Assembly (NCBI GenBank): GCA_002189035.1 | Contig: CM007989.1 | Location: 7,688,001-7,752,000 of the forward strand | From: Utricularia gibba | Lineage: Eukaryota > Plantae > Magnoliophyta | DNA length: 64,000 nucleotides | Reading direction: 5' to 3' | Shown here: one piece after another, positions 24,301 to 36,225 of the stretch | Numbering within the stretch: the first letter of the stretch is position 1 | How the letters are laid out: each line of letters begins with the position of its first letter | Made by a program: the position numbers and the translations under genes | Notes under the pieces: model-generated | Seen by the model: the letters and a program-made list of their open reading frames with translations, nothing else | Databases searched by the model: none | What the model was told of the DNA's origin: nothing

Positions 24301-26684
24301 TCTGTCATGAAGCTGCATGCAACTGATTCTTCAAAAGACGCTGATCCTATATCATAATATAGCTCAGCGAGAAAAAGACTGCATTCCCTAGTTCTTTTAT
24401 ACCCCCAAGGCCGAATTAGCTTCTCTAGTTCTAAAATTTTCACCATGCTATCGTGATATGATATGCAACAACTTGCAATTTTTTCCAATAGTAATTCACT
24501 GAAGTGATGAGGGCCAAAATTTCCTGAATTGCTCTGAACAAATTCAATAACATCCACAGATTCTCGATCTACTGAACTACCAGTTTCTGAAGAAGAAACA
24601 TCAGTAGCTTGCTGGGAATTCATAGTTCTGATTTCATCAACAATATAAGGAGCCAAAAACTGCTTAACAATTTTAGAGAGATCCTTATTGGCCATTTCAC
24701 TCTCAGGTTTACGGCTCCTAAGCCTTTCAAGGCGACTACTTCTTCTTTCTTGAGGTTGTTCTTCACATCCTTCCTTCTCTTTTACAGGTACCGCAGTGCC
24801 AAGATTTATTTCAGAGCCAACAAGAGCTCCTGTAGAACCGCTCATTTTATCAAAGGAACTAGTATTTGCTGAAATTGAAGGCAATGACACAATTAATGTT
24901 GCATCTCCTGGAATGTCGACATCAGCTCCTGAAACCAAGTCATTAGTCAATAATGGGCACAAAATCCCTAGGAGTTCCCTCACAAGGGCCATCCAAGAGA
25001 CTTCAAAAAGTTGAATTTCTATGATTTTCTTCAGCCTTTTTGTGGTGGATAAAACCAAGTTCTCATCTGATGCCTTTCTCTTCTCGGGAAATTTCAAGTG
25101 TGTATGCTTTGGTACTAATTTATCAATGCCCCTTGGTGCAAATGGTATTGTTTCCCTGTCCTCGATGGTATTTTTGACATGCAAAGCACGAGAATGAGAT
25201 GGCCAGTGCGTTAATATATGTCCCGAGACTGAAAGGCAAGACACCTCATCACCAATCGCAATTAGAACTTCTAAAAGTTTCTCCATGCAATTCCCTGCAT
25301 AACCAAGTATTTCAACGTCACAAAAACTAGCAGTGCTGGGAAAAAAGAGTGCCTTTGACACGTTGGATAACAGTTTAAAAAGTGCAATTTTGAATGATTT
25401 GAATATAAATTTTCTCACAGTTGTTAGGGCTGCAAACAAGGCCCTGCTCAAAAGCCCATCGAGCGATGTTTAATGATCCCATGGAGCATGACAACGTTCC
25501 CAGTTGGTTCCAGACAACAAAGTCTTTTCCATCAATCTCTGCAGCTTGCAGATAGCAACCCAAGGCATTTTCGTGATATGAAGAGCCTAGTTGAACAAAA
25601 ACTAACGCCAGGTTTTTAAGAGCCAAAAACCTGAAGAGTACTCAACTTTTTCAGCAAAGATAATGCATAATTTATGAACTCAGTCTAATGACGGGAAACA
25701 ATCCTGCAAAATAGGTAATCCTCACTCAACTCATAACAAGGTCTGTAAGTAACCCAAAAACTACTGAAATTCGAGTGAAAGGTATATTCCAACATACTAG
25801 AAGCTCAGAGAACTTCAGTTAAAACTCATTATCACATAAGAGAAATATGATATTAATGCACCATAAAGAATAAGAAGAATGCACTTATACACATCTTTTT
25901 GTCCTTTCTTTTTCTTATGACAACATGCATCTAGTGAGCAGAAACAGATTCATCCATCTCAACCTGAGCTGCAAAAGATGACCAGAATTCGCACTGCTTC
26001 CAGCCTGAACAATAAAAAAGAAACTCATCTGAGGGTGAACACAATCCAACAGGAAAATGCAAAAAGCATGAAAAAATATAAACCGTTGCACAACCTCAGC
26101 ATTTAAGACCAATGAATCTTTCAAAACCAACTCCAAGTATTCACGAGCTTTTTCATAGTCCTTCGCTTGTAATCGAGAAAGCCCATCATGATACAACTGT
26201 GACAAATGAAATTCCTGGAGGAAAACAAACATCATCAACACAACTAAATCGAACAGCTCTTAGCAAAACAGACAGGAAATTAGTCATTTGACCGCTAAAT
26301 GATTGATCAGAGCTCCTGTTTTTGTAGTGGTCAATTAGGAAATACAAGAATCACATCTCAGAAACGGAAAGCCACAATCAGGACTACAGCATACGAAATT
26401 ATTAGTTACAAAGAATCATATCAACGGCAAACGGAATCCACGACTTATTTCAAGCGAAGCAACTGATAACGAATTCGCACTAGCTCGCTCAAAAGTACCT
26501 GCGCCTCCTTCGTTGGGGCCAACGGCTGATTCCACTCGTTTCCGGTGTCTGAATCATTGATGGCTGCAATTGAAAACTGCCACGCGATGAAATCCACAAG
26601 AAGTTAGAAAATTAAATCGAAATTCAACTGATGCTTCAGAAGTATAGCAACTGAAGACTCAGTGAAAGTAGCTAAACCAACCAT
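18351..26684 (-). CDS. CABIN1: Calcineurin-binding protein 1 (CABIN1, HIRA histone chaperone complex, TPR); multi-exon; ATG-only first coding exon; one frame break at 19165-19170
   Basis: M|[26 protein letters not shown]|[62 protein letters not shown]|[66 protein letters not shown]-like, INMWEID. The 3' end (TAG at 18351) assumes a final intron near 18480-18557. Confidence 0.92.
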
Positions 26685-27090
26685 CCGACGGATCTGCGCG
26701 AACCCTCGTGCGCTAACCGTTACCAGTCAGAATTCAGATTGCTGATTACTCCTCAAGTTCCGCCAATTTTTCAATATATAGTTTTTTTATTAACAATTTT
26801 TTTTAAAAAAAAACCATCTTTACTCAATTTCTTGATAGCGGGAAAGGCCCAATGATGGCATGCCCATTCTGCAGGTAAAAAAGATGATTAGGGCTGCGGC
26901 TTCTTGGTGAGGATGATCTTCAGATTTACGTTGTCTGATTTTTCATGAATCAATGTTGGGAGCGTAAAATAGCTCTGTGTTGTCTTTATGGGTGCTTCCT
27001 CCTCTTCGCTTTCTTGTTCAAGCTTTTTTTGCATGACATCGACGAACAACAATTTTGATTTCCAGTCGATTTTAAGGTGATTCACGAGAT

Positions 27091-28134
27091 ATGAGATCCA
27101 TCGGCTGGTTATGCTTGTTCTTTGTGACTGCAGTCAACGCCCAATTGTCGGGTTTTGGAAGCATGTAAGTGACGTCAAATTGATCTCACCTTTGTTTATG
27201 TGATAAGCTTGTAGGGTTTCGGATTCTTCATATGACTACTGAAATTGGAGACCCATTATTGCTTCGATTCAGAAGCGTGTGTTCATTGTGATAGAATCAG
27301 CAGAAGGCCTTTGAAAGTTGGGGAGGAACTGTTCAAGGAATCATTGCCATTTCAAAGTGGATCTTGCATCTATGAATTGCAAGGATTGAAACCGAACACA
27401 TGGTACGAAGTGAAGATATCATATCCTGCTTCTGTATGTCCACCATTCTGTTATCTCCCAAAAATGTACATGGTTATATGATTTGCTAACAATGCTACAT
27501 GCTCAACAGATACCCACCAGATTCTCCTTGCATTTAAACAAAGGTGCTTCAGACATGGGGATGAATCCAGCGAGGAAGTTGCTGAACACAGAGAAGTTGA
27601 TATTCAAGACTGATGCAATGTCATCTATTGCTGAAGAGGTTCGTTATTGTTGTCTGACCTGTGCCCGCACTCTCCATGAAGCTTTTACCATCTTGAGCTT
27701 TTGTATCAGAGTGGATTATCAGTCACGGTGGCTGTCGAACCAGAAGGCATTGTTGCCATACCAGGAGCACGTGAAAGGGAGTTTGTCATATTCAACATAG
27801 GTAATGCGAAATTGCTTTGAATATGTGTACCCTATTTGACACTGGCTTTGGGATGCAGTGCTTGCTTGCTGCCTATTCTTGCTGCAAGATCTTTCCTTTT
27901 AGCATCTGTTGTTTGAAAACTAGGACACGCTTATCATTGTTGAGATTTGACTGTGCTAATGGCAGTTTGCGACGAACTTTTGCTGGGGATTCCTCAGAGT
28001 TGCTGGTACGTTGTTGCTGTGGGTTACTTTGTTTGATGCTGGCCTCTGTGCTGCCATCCTTCCTCCCGGATTTCTTGATGCCAAGAAATGGAAACCCACC
28101 TCTGCCCCATCATCCGGTTTCAAAGAAATCTTAG
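27091..28134 (+). CDS. Conserved uncharacterised plant protein with N-terminal signal peptide and C-terminal transmembrane segment; exons 27091-27164, 27295-27433, 27510-27638, 27710-27800, 27966-28134 (frame break at 28021-28023)
   Basis: MRSIGWLCLFFVTAVNA signal peptide; LKVGEELFKESLP..GSCIYELQGLKPNTWYEVKISYPAS|IPTRFSL..RKLLNTEKLIFKT; VAVEPEGIVAIPG..REFVIFNI|VCDELLLGIP. All introns are GT-AG with matching phases. Confidence 0.8.
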
Positions 28135-28233
28135 ACTTCTGTCTCAGGCAGTGTTTCAATCCCACCCCCATCAGTTTGAAACCAATCAAAAGAACTGCTT
28201 GCAAAGCCTTCTGGAGCTTGTTATAGTTAAAAA

Positions 28234-28259
28234 ATATATATATATATATATATATATAT
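28234..28259. repeat. (AT)13 microsatellite
   Basis: Read directly from the sequence. Confidence 0.9.
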
Positions 28260-28527
28260 TAATATTTTATTAAAAAGATAGGTAATTTTAATTGAGATAT
28301 CTTATGCAGCCAGAGGACCTGGACAGATATTTAGTCCTAAAAAGAAATATCAGGGACGGCGGTCACCATCACAATGCCGTGGACAGCGGAGACATTCCGC
28401 CAGTTGGGCGTCAATTCCACGCCACCACTGCTTTTCGATGATATACATACATACACCCCTCTCGCAATGGTGAACTGCGGAGGACGACCGGATTCGACTC
28501 GGCATCTCTTCCTGTTGCGGTGGAGAA

Positions 28528-29343
28528 ATGTCGTGGCAGAGCTATGTGGATGACCACTTGATGTGCGAGATCGAAGGAAATCGTCTCACTGCTGCTGCTA
28601 TCCTGGGCCACGACGCCGTCGTTTGGGCTCAGAGCGATGGTTTTCCGCAGGTACTACGTCGATCTGCTGGATTTCTGATTCTTGAGTTTCGTTAGTCCAA
28701 TCGAACAGTTAGGTTTCAGTAATCGGTGATGAAAAATCTGTTTTCGCAGTTCAAACCCGAGGAAATAGCTGCGATTATGGAAGATTTCCAGGAACCTGGA
28801 AAACTTGCTCCCGTTGGTCTGCACCTCGGTGGTGTCAAGTACATGGTAATTCAAGGGGAACCTGGAGCTGTGATTAGAGGGAAGAAGGTACCGATTTCTG
28901 GGATTCCTTTTTTTTTTTCTTTTACCGCGGTTTCATAAACACCGCTTTGGGACTGCATATATCGATCATGGAGTTAACTATGTAGTCATTGAGATCATGC
29001 TCCTTTGAAAAATATTCATGAGACTGCGGCAAATTCTACCCTTGATGGATGTTGAGACAATGCAACCCTCCAGGTTGCATAGTTCCTTGCTCATTCCATG
29101 AATCCTAGAATACCAAAGCATTGGGGGTGGTGATTTATGAAAACCCAGATACACAGTTCATAGAAAGCAGGTTGAATACTATTTACATGGTGGAACTGAT
29201 GATTCCAGGGAGCTGGTGGGATAACGGTGAAGAAAACAAACCTTGCACTGCTAATTGGGATTTACGACGAGCCGATGGCTCCTGGCCAGTGCAATGTCGT
29301 CGTTGAGAGCATCGGCGATTACCTCATTGAACAGGGTCTCTAA
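28528..29343 (+). CDS. PRF: Profilin, 131 aa; exons 28528-28650, 28750-28887, 29209-29343
   Basis: [17 protein letters not shown]; FPQ|[46 protein letters not shown]|[36 protein letters not shown]. Canonical 3-exon plant profilin structure. Confidence 0.98.
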
Positions 29344-30289
29344 TCCTGTAGGGGCTGATAGCTGAATGAAGCTCCTGGGATGTGCTTGTTGCCTGCTGTT
29401 TCCCATTGCTGTTTTTGTGTTGTTTTGGAGCTTGAGTTTCACTTCATGTGCCGTCTGTTGATGAATGATGAATGATGATGATTTATAGATTGGTTCTGTC
29501 ATCAGGGGTTGTGTGAGACCAAAAAAACCGTGAACTAGTCTAGTACAAAATGTCCAAAACTTAGTAGTCCTTTTTTAAATTTACATTTTTTTTTCTTGTA
29601 AAAAATACATTGAATTACTATTGGATAGATATTTTTAAATTTAAATCAATTTAATTTTTTTAAACAATATTTTTTGATTATTTATTAATATAGGATGGAT
29701 TTTTAATTATTTTGTGACATAATATTTTTCTAAGTTTTTTTCTTTAATCTTTTATTCTTCTGTCGCCGTCTTTACTTTTTTGACGGCCGGCGTATTTTCT
29801 TTATACGTGCATTTATACCCTTTTTTCTAAACAGGTGTTCAAAAAGAGAATTTATTATTTTATTATCATTATTTATTAAATATGTGAACATGCATTTGGA
29901 TTGTTTACATGTGATTTTGTACTTCGTCATTAATTATATTAATTTTATTATGTTAAATTGAAAAAAACTTTGTAAAGCTAGAAATTGAGATTTTTTTAAT
30001 TTATATTAATAATTTTTTTTAAAAAAATGTTTTTAAGAGATCCTATATACATTTTTCAATTATAATATAAAGTCGAATATAATATGAAGCATATATTAAC
30101 ACTTATGTCCATAGTCGAGCCGGTTCAACCGGTTCACAAAACACACCTAGAGAGCGAGCACGAATGCTCCATAGATCCACCCGGTCCGGCAGGGCGGTTT
30201 ATTCTTCATATACTTACAATCAAAACCATTTACTTACACCCAACTAGTTATCTTTTTCGACCGCGTCGTCTTCCCCAAGCCGATCCCTG

Positions 30290-31232
30290 TCATGGTGCTT
30301 CTCTTGAAACCTGCAATTTCCTAAAGCACCTTCACTACACATGCTCTTGGTCCATATAATTAAATATAAAAAATCAGAATAAAAAAATAATTCATTTTCA
30401 GTCGGAAAGTCATGATTTTTTGTGTTGAACCTCATTTTTAAAGCATGGGATACGATGGAGATACCTACCTGCAAGTAGTTCTCCAGCTTCCTTTTCAGGG
30501 TTGCATGTTCTTGCATGAGCTCTTGGTACGTCTTCACGCACCTTCGTTCTCCAAAGAAAATGTGTAACAACAAGTTCAGATCGTAGGATTATCAGTGGAG
30601 GAGGAAGCTGACATGAATCCTATAGCTGCTATACAAAGTTGACACGGGGTGTTGGTTGAAAGAATGTTTACCCTTCTGAGTTTCCATCTTTGCAGTACTC
30701 TTGAAACAGATTGCACGCCCTCTTGATTCTTTTGGCCCCAATGCTGCGGAGATGAGAACAGCAAACATGTTGTAGGGTTTGTTCTGAAGGCTGGTTAGAT
30801 TTTGAGACTGTGGGAATTTCACCTTGAGCTGCTGCCCTTAATCTGGTGCATGATGTTTTCCATCTTTTCGAAGTCCAAGGGACTTTCTTCCCTGAACATG
30901 AAATTTTTCAGCATTTTTTTCGACTTGCTAACTTTCTGATCAAGGATGAGCAACTCACATGGTTAACTTTAGGTTTCTGATGAGCCGAGCTGAGTTTGAA
31001 AAGCATAGCTTCACGATCTCCTCTACAAAGAAGGGGTTGGCGTCATCCTGCAGCTCTTCCAGCTGAACGAATTGCTCATCCAGATATCCCTGCATGTCAA
31101 ACAAAACAAAGCACAAGGAACATGGTATGGGTTCCTGTTTGTGGGTAACGCCTTGTTCTGTAAGAGAATAACCTGATCAAAGAGGCTTTCCCTGATTCGA
31201 GCTGCCTGGAGCTGACGTCTGTTCCCCGCCAT
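30290..31232 (-). CDS. AHP4: Histidine-containing phosphotransfer protein, AHP4-like (cytokinin phosphorelay); 6 exons
   Basis: RESLFDQ|GYLDEQFVQLEELQDDANPFFVEEIV; phospho-accepting His in MHQIKGSSS|SIGAKRIK; CVKTYQELMQEHATLKRKLENYLQ. Confidence 0.9.
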
Positions 31233-32675
31233 AGCTACAAAGCCAGGCTAAGGAAAGAGTGATGCCTGCTTTCCCCTCTCCCCAACTCTCTGGCTCTGCG
31301 CTCCAAACCAAAGGGCTCATGCAGGAATATATAGAGGGGGAACACACAGTCTGGTTTCCCAGAGAATCGGCATATCCCTACTTGCCCTCTCTTTAACATG
31401 ACAAGTTTTAGCTTTAAAACGGTTGAGGTGTGTTTGCAGAAGCTATTTTCAGTCGGTCAGAGAGTATCCAATCTCCAAAACCAGGGAAGGGAAGGAGGGA
31501 GGGAGTCTGGGAAACCAGCAGAACTCAGAAGGGGCTCTGACCTGAGAGATCTCCAGATATTTGCTGAGGATCTTTGAACAAGAGTGGGAAAACAACAGAT
31601 GAGGAGGCCCTCTGAGGCACTTCCAAAGCATGATTCTTCTAATCTTGCTGCTGCATAGAGTGCTGGAGAGACATAGCATGGAGTACACGTAAGTGGTGTA
31701 TGTGGATTTGTGGTCACGCCAGTTCCCTGCCTTTCTCAAAGCTAACAAAGCCAGGGGCATCTACTAACAACTTGAGCTCTGTCTCTTTTTAACATGAAAC
31801 CGATGTATTGTTCTTCCAAAATCTTATCTTCTTTTTTCAAGTATCTGTCCCGTTTTGTTGTCTCACTTTTTCACCCTTGAAATCGGTGACCCTCATGCCC
31901 TTTTCTGTCATTTGACCTCTGGTCAAAATATCACTAATATTAGGAATGGAAATAATTCAAAAAATTCATAAATTGTTTTATTTTGATTTATTCTAAAATT
32001 GATTTAAAATTATCATAAAAATTCTTAAAATACAATTTATTTTTTTAAAATTAAATTAGTATAAAAAAATATAAAATTAATAAGAAAATTAAATAAAAAT
32101 AATTTTTAATACTAATGAAAAAACGTATTTTAGAATAACACAAAATTACTCATCAAATATCATTGAAATAATATTTATAATAATAGAAAAAAATTTATTA
32201 TAATGTTTATTATTATTGATCATAATAATTAATAATTACTCATATATTAATATAATTAAAATGAAAATTGATTAAATGTGTCGGAATGGATACAATTATT
32301 AATTCAAAATTGATCCTAAACCAATTTAGACTATACAATTAAAATTAAAATTTAATTCGAATAATAAATAATATATTTTTTAGTATACAAGTCAATTGAA
32401 TGAGCAGGATGATAACATACAATCCATATATCCAATTTTTATCAATAGCTAATATGGCTATTTTATATATTTAATAATATATTAATAATATTATATATAT
32501 TTAATAGTCAAATGATTATTTAATTTAATGTATCTCAGTCTTTTTATTATTCTCCTTTTTAGAGAAATCAATTCAAATTACCAATAAACATTGAAATTGC
32601 AAATTCCGGGTGGAATGGGAATGGATCTGCGTAATTTGTATGCGTGAGCAAGTTCAGAACAGGTGTTCGGCGGGA

Positions 32676-34610
32676 ATGGATCTCCGTCACAGGCGGAGGC
32701 CTAGCTTTGTTGGATTTACTGAAGCTGAGGTAAGTTTGGTTGGATTATTGGTTGTTGTGTATCGTCCGTCACTTTTAAGTCTGTTAATGATTTCGGTTCT
32801 CAGTTCCACATGAATTACTTCGTTTAAAACATGGAAACTGAGCGAGGCGGCTAGAATCGGAGGTGCTTTTTTGTAGGTCTATCTGTGTGATATATATCGA
32901 CAATTTTGATTTCTGTTTACTAGTTAATCCGACTTGTATTTGATGTAAACCGAGAAAAAAACATAAATAGCTAGAATTCTAAATTAGTTGGATGAGCTCT
33001 GTGTGAGCTTCATTCTTTCTTTGATGTTTACGTTGGACTAATGTAATTGTCTACAGGTTCAGAAAATGGAGGGTTTACTTGATACGTTGAGGGAAGAGAC
33101 CATGAAAGATGATTTTTGTAAGAACTTGGCCAGAGTTTTCAAGTGAGTACGCATTTTTGTCTCCTCGTGGTTATATTCATCAACTTCACATACTTGACTT
33201 ATATGCAGTCGCTCTAGTGGACGTGCTGGAAAGCCTATTGCAAAGTGGACTGAGGTTTGTTAACAAATTATCTATGTGTGTGTGTGTGTGTGTAGGTATA
33301 TATACCAACCTTCTTAAATTTGATTATTAGTTCATGAATCCCCTGCATTTGGAACCTTTCAGATCCAAAATTGGTTCAGAAGTAATCTAGAAAAAGGTCA
33401 GCATGGACAGCCTTTGTTAACTGCAGCCAGAATTTTGTAGTCTTCCGCTCATCATTGCACTCATAATAAAGAAGCGCCGAGTGTGAAAATTCTTGGTGTT
33501 CTACAAAAATAAGGGAGGTATTCATTCTCATGAGATGATCCAACCTGGTGGCAGGTGATCAGAATGAAGAGCTTTCCCCATTGGAATTCGAGGCACGGTC
33601 ATCAAGGGATGGGGCATGGTGAGATTTAAATGTTCATGGAAAGTGTTTCAGTTTTTCTCATATCATTTTGACACTTCATTTATCCTTGCGTGGTAACTTC
33701 ATGTTGCACACCAAATACTTTTTTGTTTTTTCTAGCACCTTGTACTTTTGTTAAAGAGAAACGGCATGTTACTTAAAACAATATGCAACCAATTTCTTCA
33801 GTTCAGTATTGCTTATGACTTTCCCTATCCATTTCTCTAATGTAAATGTTTTGCAGGTATGACGTAGACACATTTATTTCCCACAGATTTCTTGATTCCG
33901 AGGAAATTGTGAGTTGATATGCTCACACCTTGTTCAGTGGATATAGAAGTTTATTTTTTTCTTTAGCTCAACACTGAAGCCACAGAAAGTTCTTTCTAAT
34001 TCATATGAAATTAATTTTACTACAGGAATTTCTTGTGAGGTATGTTGGATTTTCCTCTGAGCAAGATGAATGGGTAAACGCAAGAGATTCTTTGAGGACT
34101 CGTTCCATTCCTCTGGATCTCTCCGAGTGCAATAAAGTTAAGGTTGGGGACCAAGTGGTATGCTTTCAGGTATTCCTGGTGTGGTTGTATATACAGATTC
34201 ATTGTCGTTTGAGCATTCCTTATTTAAATCAAAGAATCCGCATGAAATTCAAGAAAATCCTCATGTTAAGGACTTGTGACAGCATACGTTCTCCAATCCC
34301 ACGGTTGACCCAGCAACTACAAACAAGCAGCTAATTTATAGTACCATTTCCCGTCTGAAATTACATTTTTTTCATCAGGAGAAAGAGGATCAAGCAAAAT
34401 ACTATGATGCTCGGGTTATCGAGATTGAGAGGAGATGGCATGACATGAGGGGCTGTAGATGTCTTTTTTTGATCAAATATGACCATGATAATGCCGAGGT
34501 TGTCAACTCACTCTATCTAAGTCACGTTTAGCTCCTTTATCCTTGAATTTCACTGCATCTGATTGTGATAGGAGAGAGTTCGTCTACGGAGGCTATGTCG
34601 CCGGCCATGA
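32676..34610 (+). CDS. SAWADEE homeodomain homolog (SHH-like) protein, ~212 aa; exons 32676-32729, 33057-33142, 33209-33254, 33363-33396, 33555-33618, 33857-33908, 34026-34169, 34379-34498, 34572-34610
   Basis: Atypical homeodomain (FTEAE|VQKME...WTE|IQNWF) plus SAWADEE domain (LEFEARSSRDGAW|YDV..F; VRYVGF..EQDEWVN..LRTRSIPL..EC..VKVGD.V.CFQ|E..DQAKYYDARV..IERRWHDMRGCRCLFLIKYDHD). Confidence 0.9.
33275..33292. repeat. (TG)9 microsatellite in SHH-like intron 3
   Basis: Read directly from the sequence. Confidence 0.85.
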
Positions 34611-36225
34611 CTCTCAAAGGTTAGCCTTCTGAATTTCATCTTGTATGTTGATGAATGCCTGAGACCTGAAGCTTTTCCTCCTCTGATCCATGTAACAATA
34701 GCAACCAAGTCATTGAAACATCAAACCTTTTTCCCTTCCTTGGATCAGACCACTTCACTCTTGAATAAAAATTTCTTCCTTGCCTCTCATTAGATTAAAC
34801 GTAAAATCTTAACCGCATGGCTGTCACCTCTATCAACTTCACCGAGGCTCCAGACATGGTCTATTCTCAATAAGTGCATCCTCTTTGTCCATAGGCCTAT
34901 CACTGAACCATCCGCCGTTCCATGTGCATCATACTCTCTTAAATCCCACCCACATCCCCATTCTGCATCCCCTTTATCCACTGTGTTTTGTTCTTGCTGG
35001 CTCACGTTTTGCTGCTTTTTCTATAATGCAACGTGCTGTTGTTGCTCTAAACGATACCCGTTGCCAAAACTGTTTCTGCTGCATGAACCATTTCAAGGTT
35101 CATGCAGATGCGGCATCCATCAGTAACGATGGATGATGTTCTTATGATTTTTTCAGTATCCTGTGATGCTAATTAATCCCTGAAGGGGACGTTTACCGAT
35201 TTCAAGGCCCAGTTCACCTCCCCTCACCTTCCCATCTACTAACCTGCGCCACCCACCAGTTCACTTCAGATTTCATCCATGTTTTTAATTGGTGGTTTCT
35301 AATCTAATCAGCGTTCGATCGGTTCAGTGATCGGTCCGCTCACTTCTCATATAATCACAAAGTATTATTTTGATCCTATTTACCATGCACCTTGTGTTGG
35401 ATTGTTTTGCGGTTAGGGTTAGGTAGTGTTAAAATTCGGAATTGAATTTGGGATTATAATTATTTTAATTCGAATTTGTGTTTTTTTGAGCTATATTAAA
35501 TAATTTTTATAAAAATTTATATAATTATATGTATAATCTTTTTACAATAATACGATGAAATTGAATAATAATAAATAAATAATTCTCATTCTCCAAATTG
35601 CAATGGGTTAGAGGTTAATTTTTTTTGTCAACAGGTTCAAACAACGGTCTGGAAATCGAAGCCGTTTTTATAAGGGAAGTGACGTACCGGCGTACATCAT
35701 GGATTACGAATCTTAAAAAGGAAATAAACGAGCAGCTGAAAATGGTAATTACTTAGGGCAGAGGTTTTTAATGGAGTTTTGAATTAGATTTTAAAAGCAA
35801 TCCAGCTGGGTATTTTTGTCTCCCCGGCGGGTCGAGGCTCGCCGCCTTCATCTCTTGCCAGTCGATTTAATTCATTAATCTTTGATTTTCCTGTCACCCG
35901 ATTGCCATCTCGAGCCTTCCAGAATTTCGATTGGTTGTTTGTTAATTGGGTTTTCAGTCCTCGCCCCCGATCGCCGATTTTCTCTCTGTTTTTCCCTGGC
36001 GCCGCAATCCTGCCGCCGCGATCTGTGCGGTTTGCAAAGAACTGTTTGGTTGGGTTTGACGTGTATATACTTACTACCTGAGTTCTGGGTGGTGGGAGGA
36101 AGCCGGTGAATTGCTGTTGTTTGGTTACGGAAAGGAATTAAAGTGTTTTTTTGGGGGGTCATTGTGTGTGGGCGCGAAAAAATGATGATTTTGGTTCTGG
36201 GGGAGAGATTTCGTTGAAGGTGAAA

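Noticed and set aside
25230-25451. N-terminal part of the 660-aa ORF ([11 protein letters not shown]...) as a separate gene start
   Set aside because: It is CABIN1 intron read-through; the real exon begins at WNCMEKLL.
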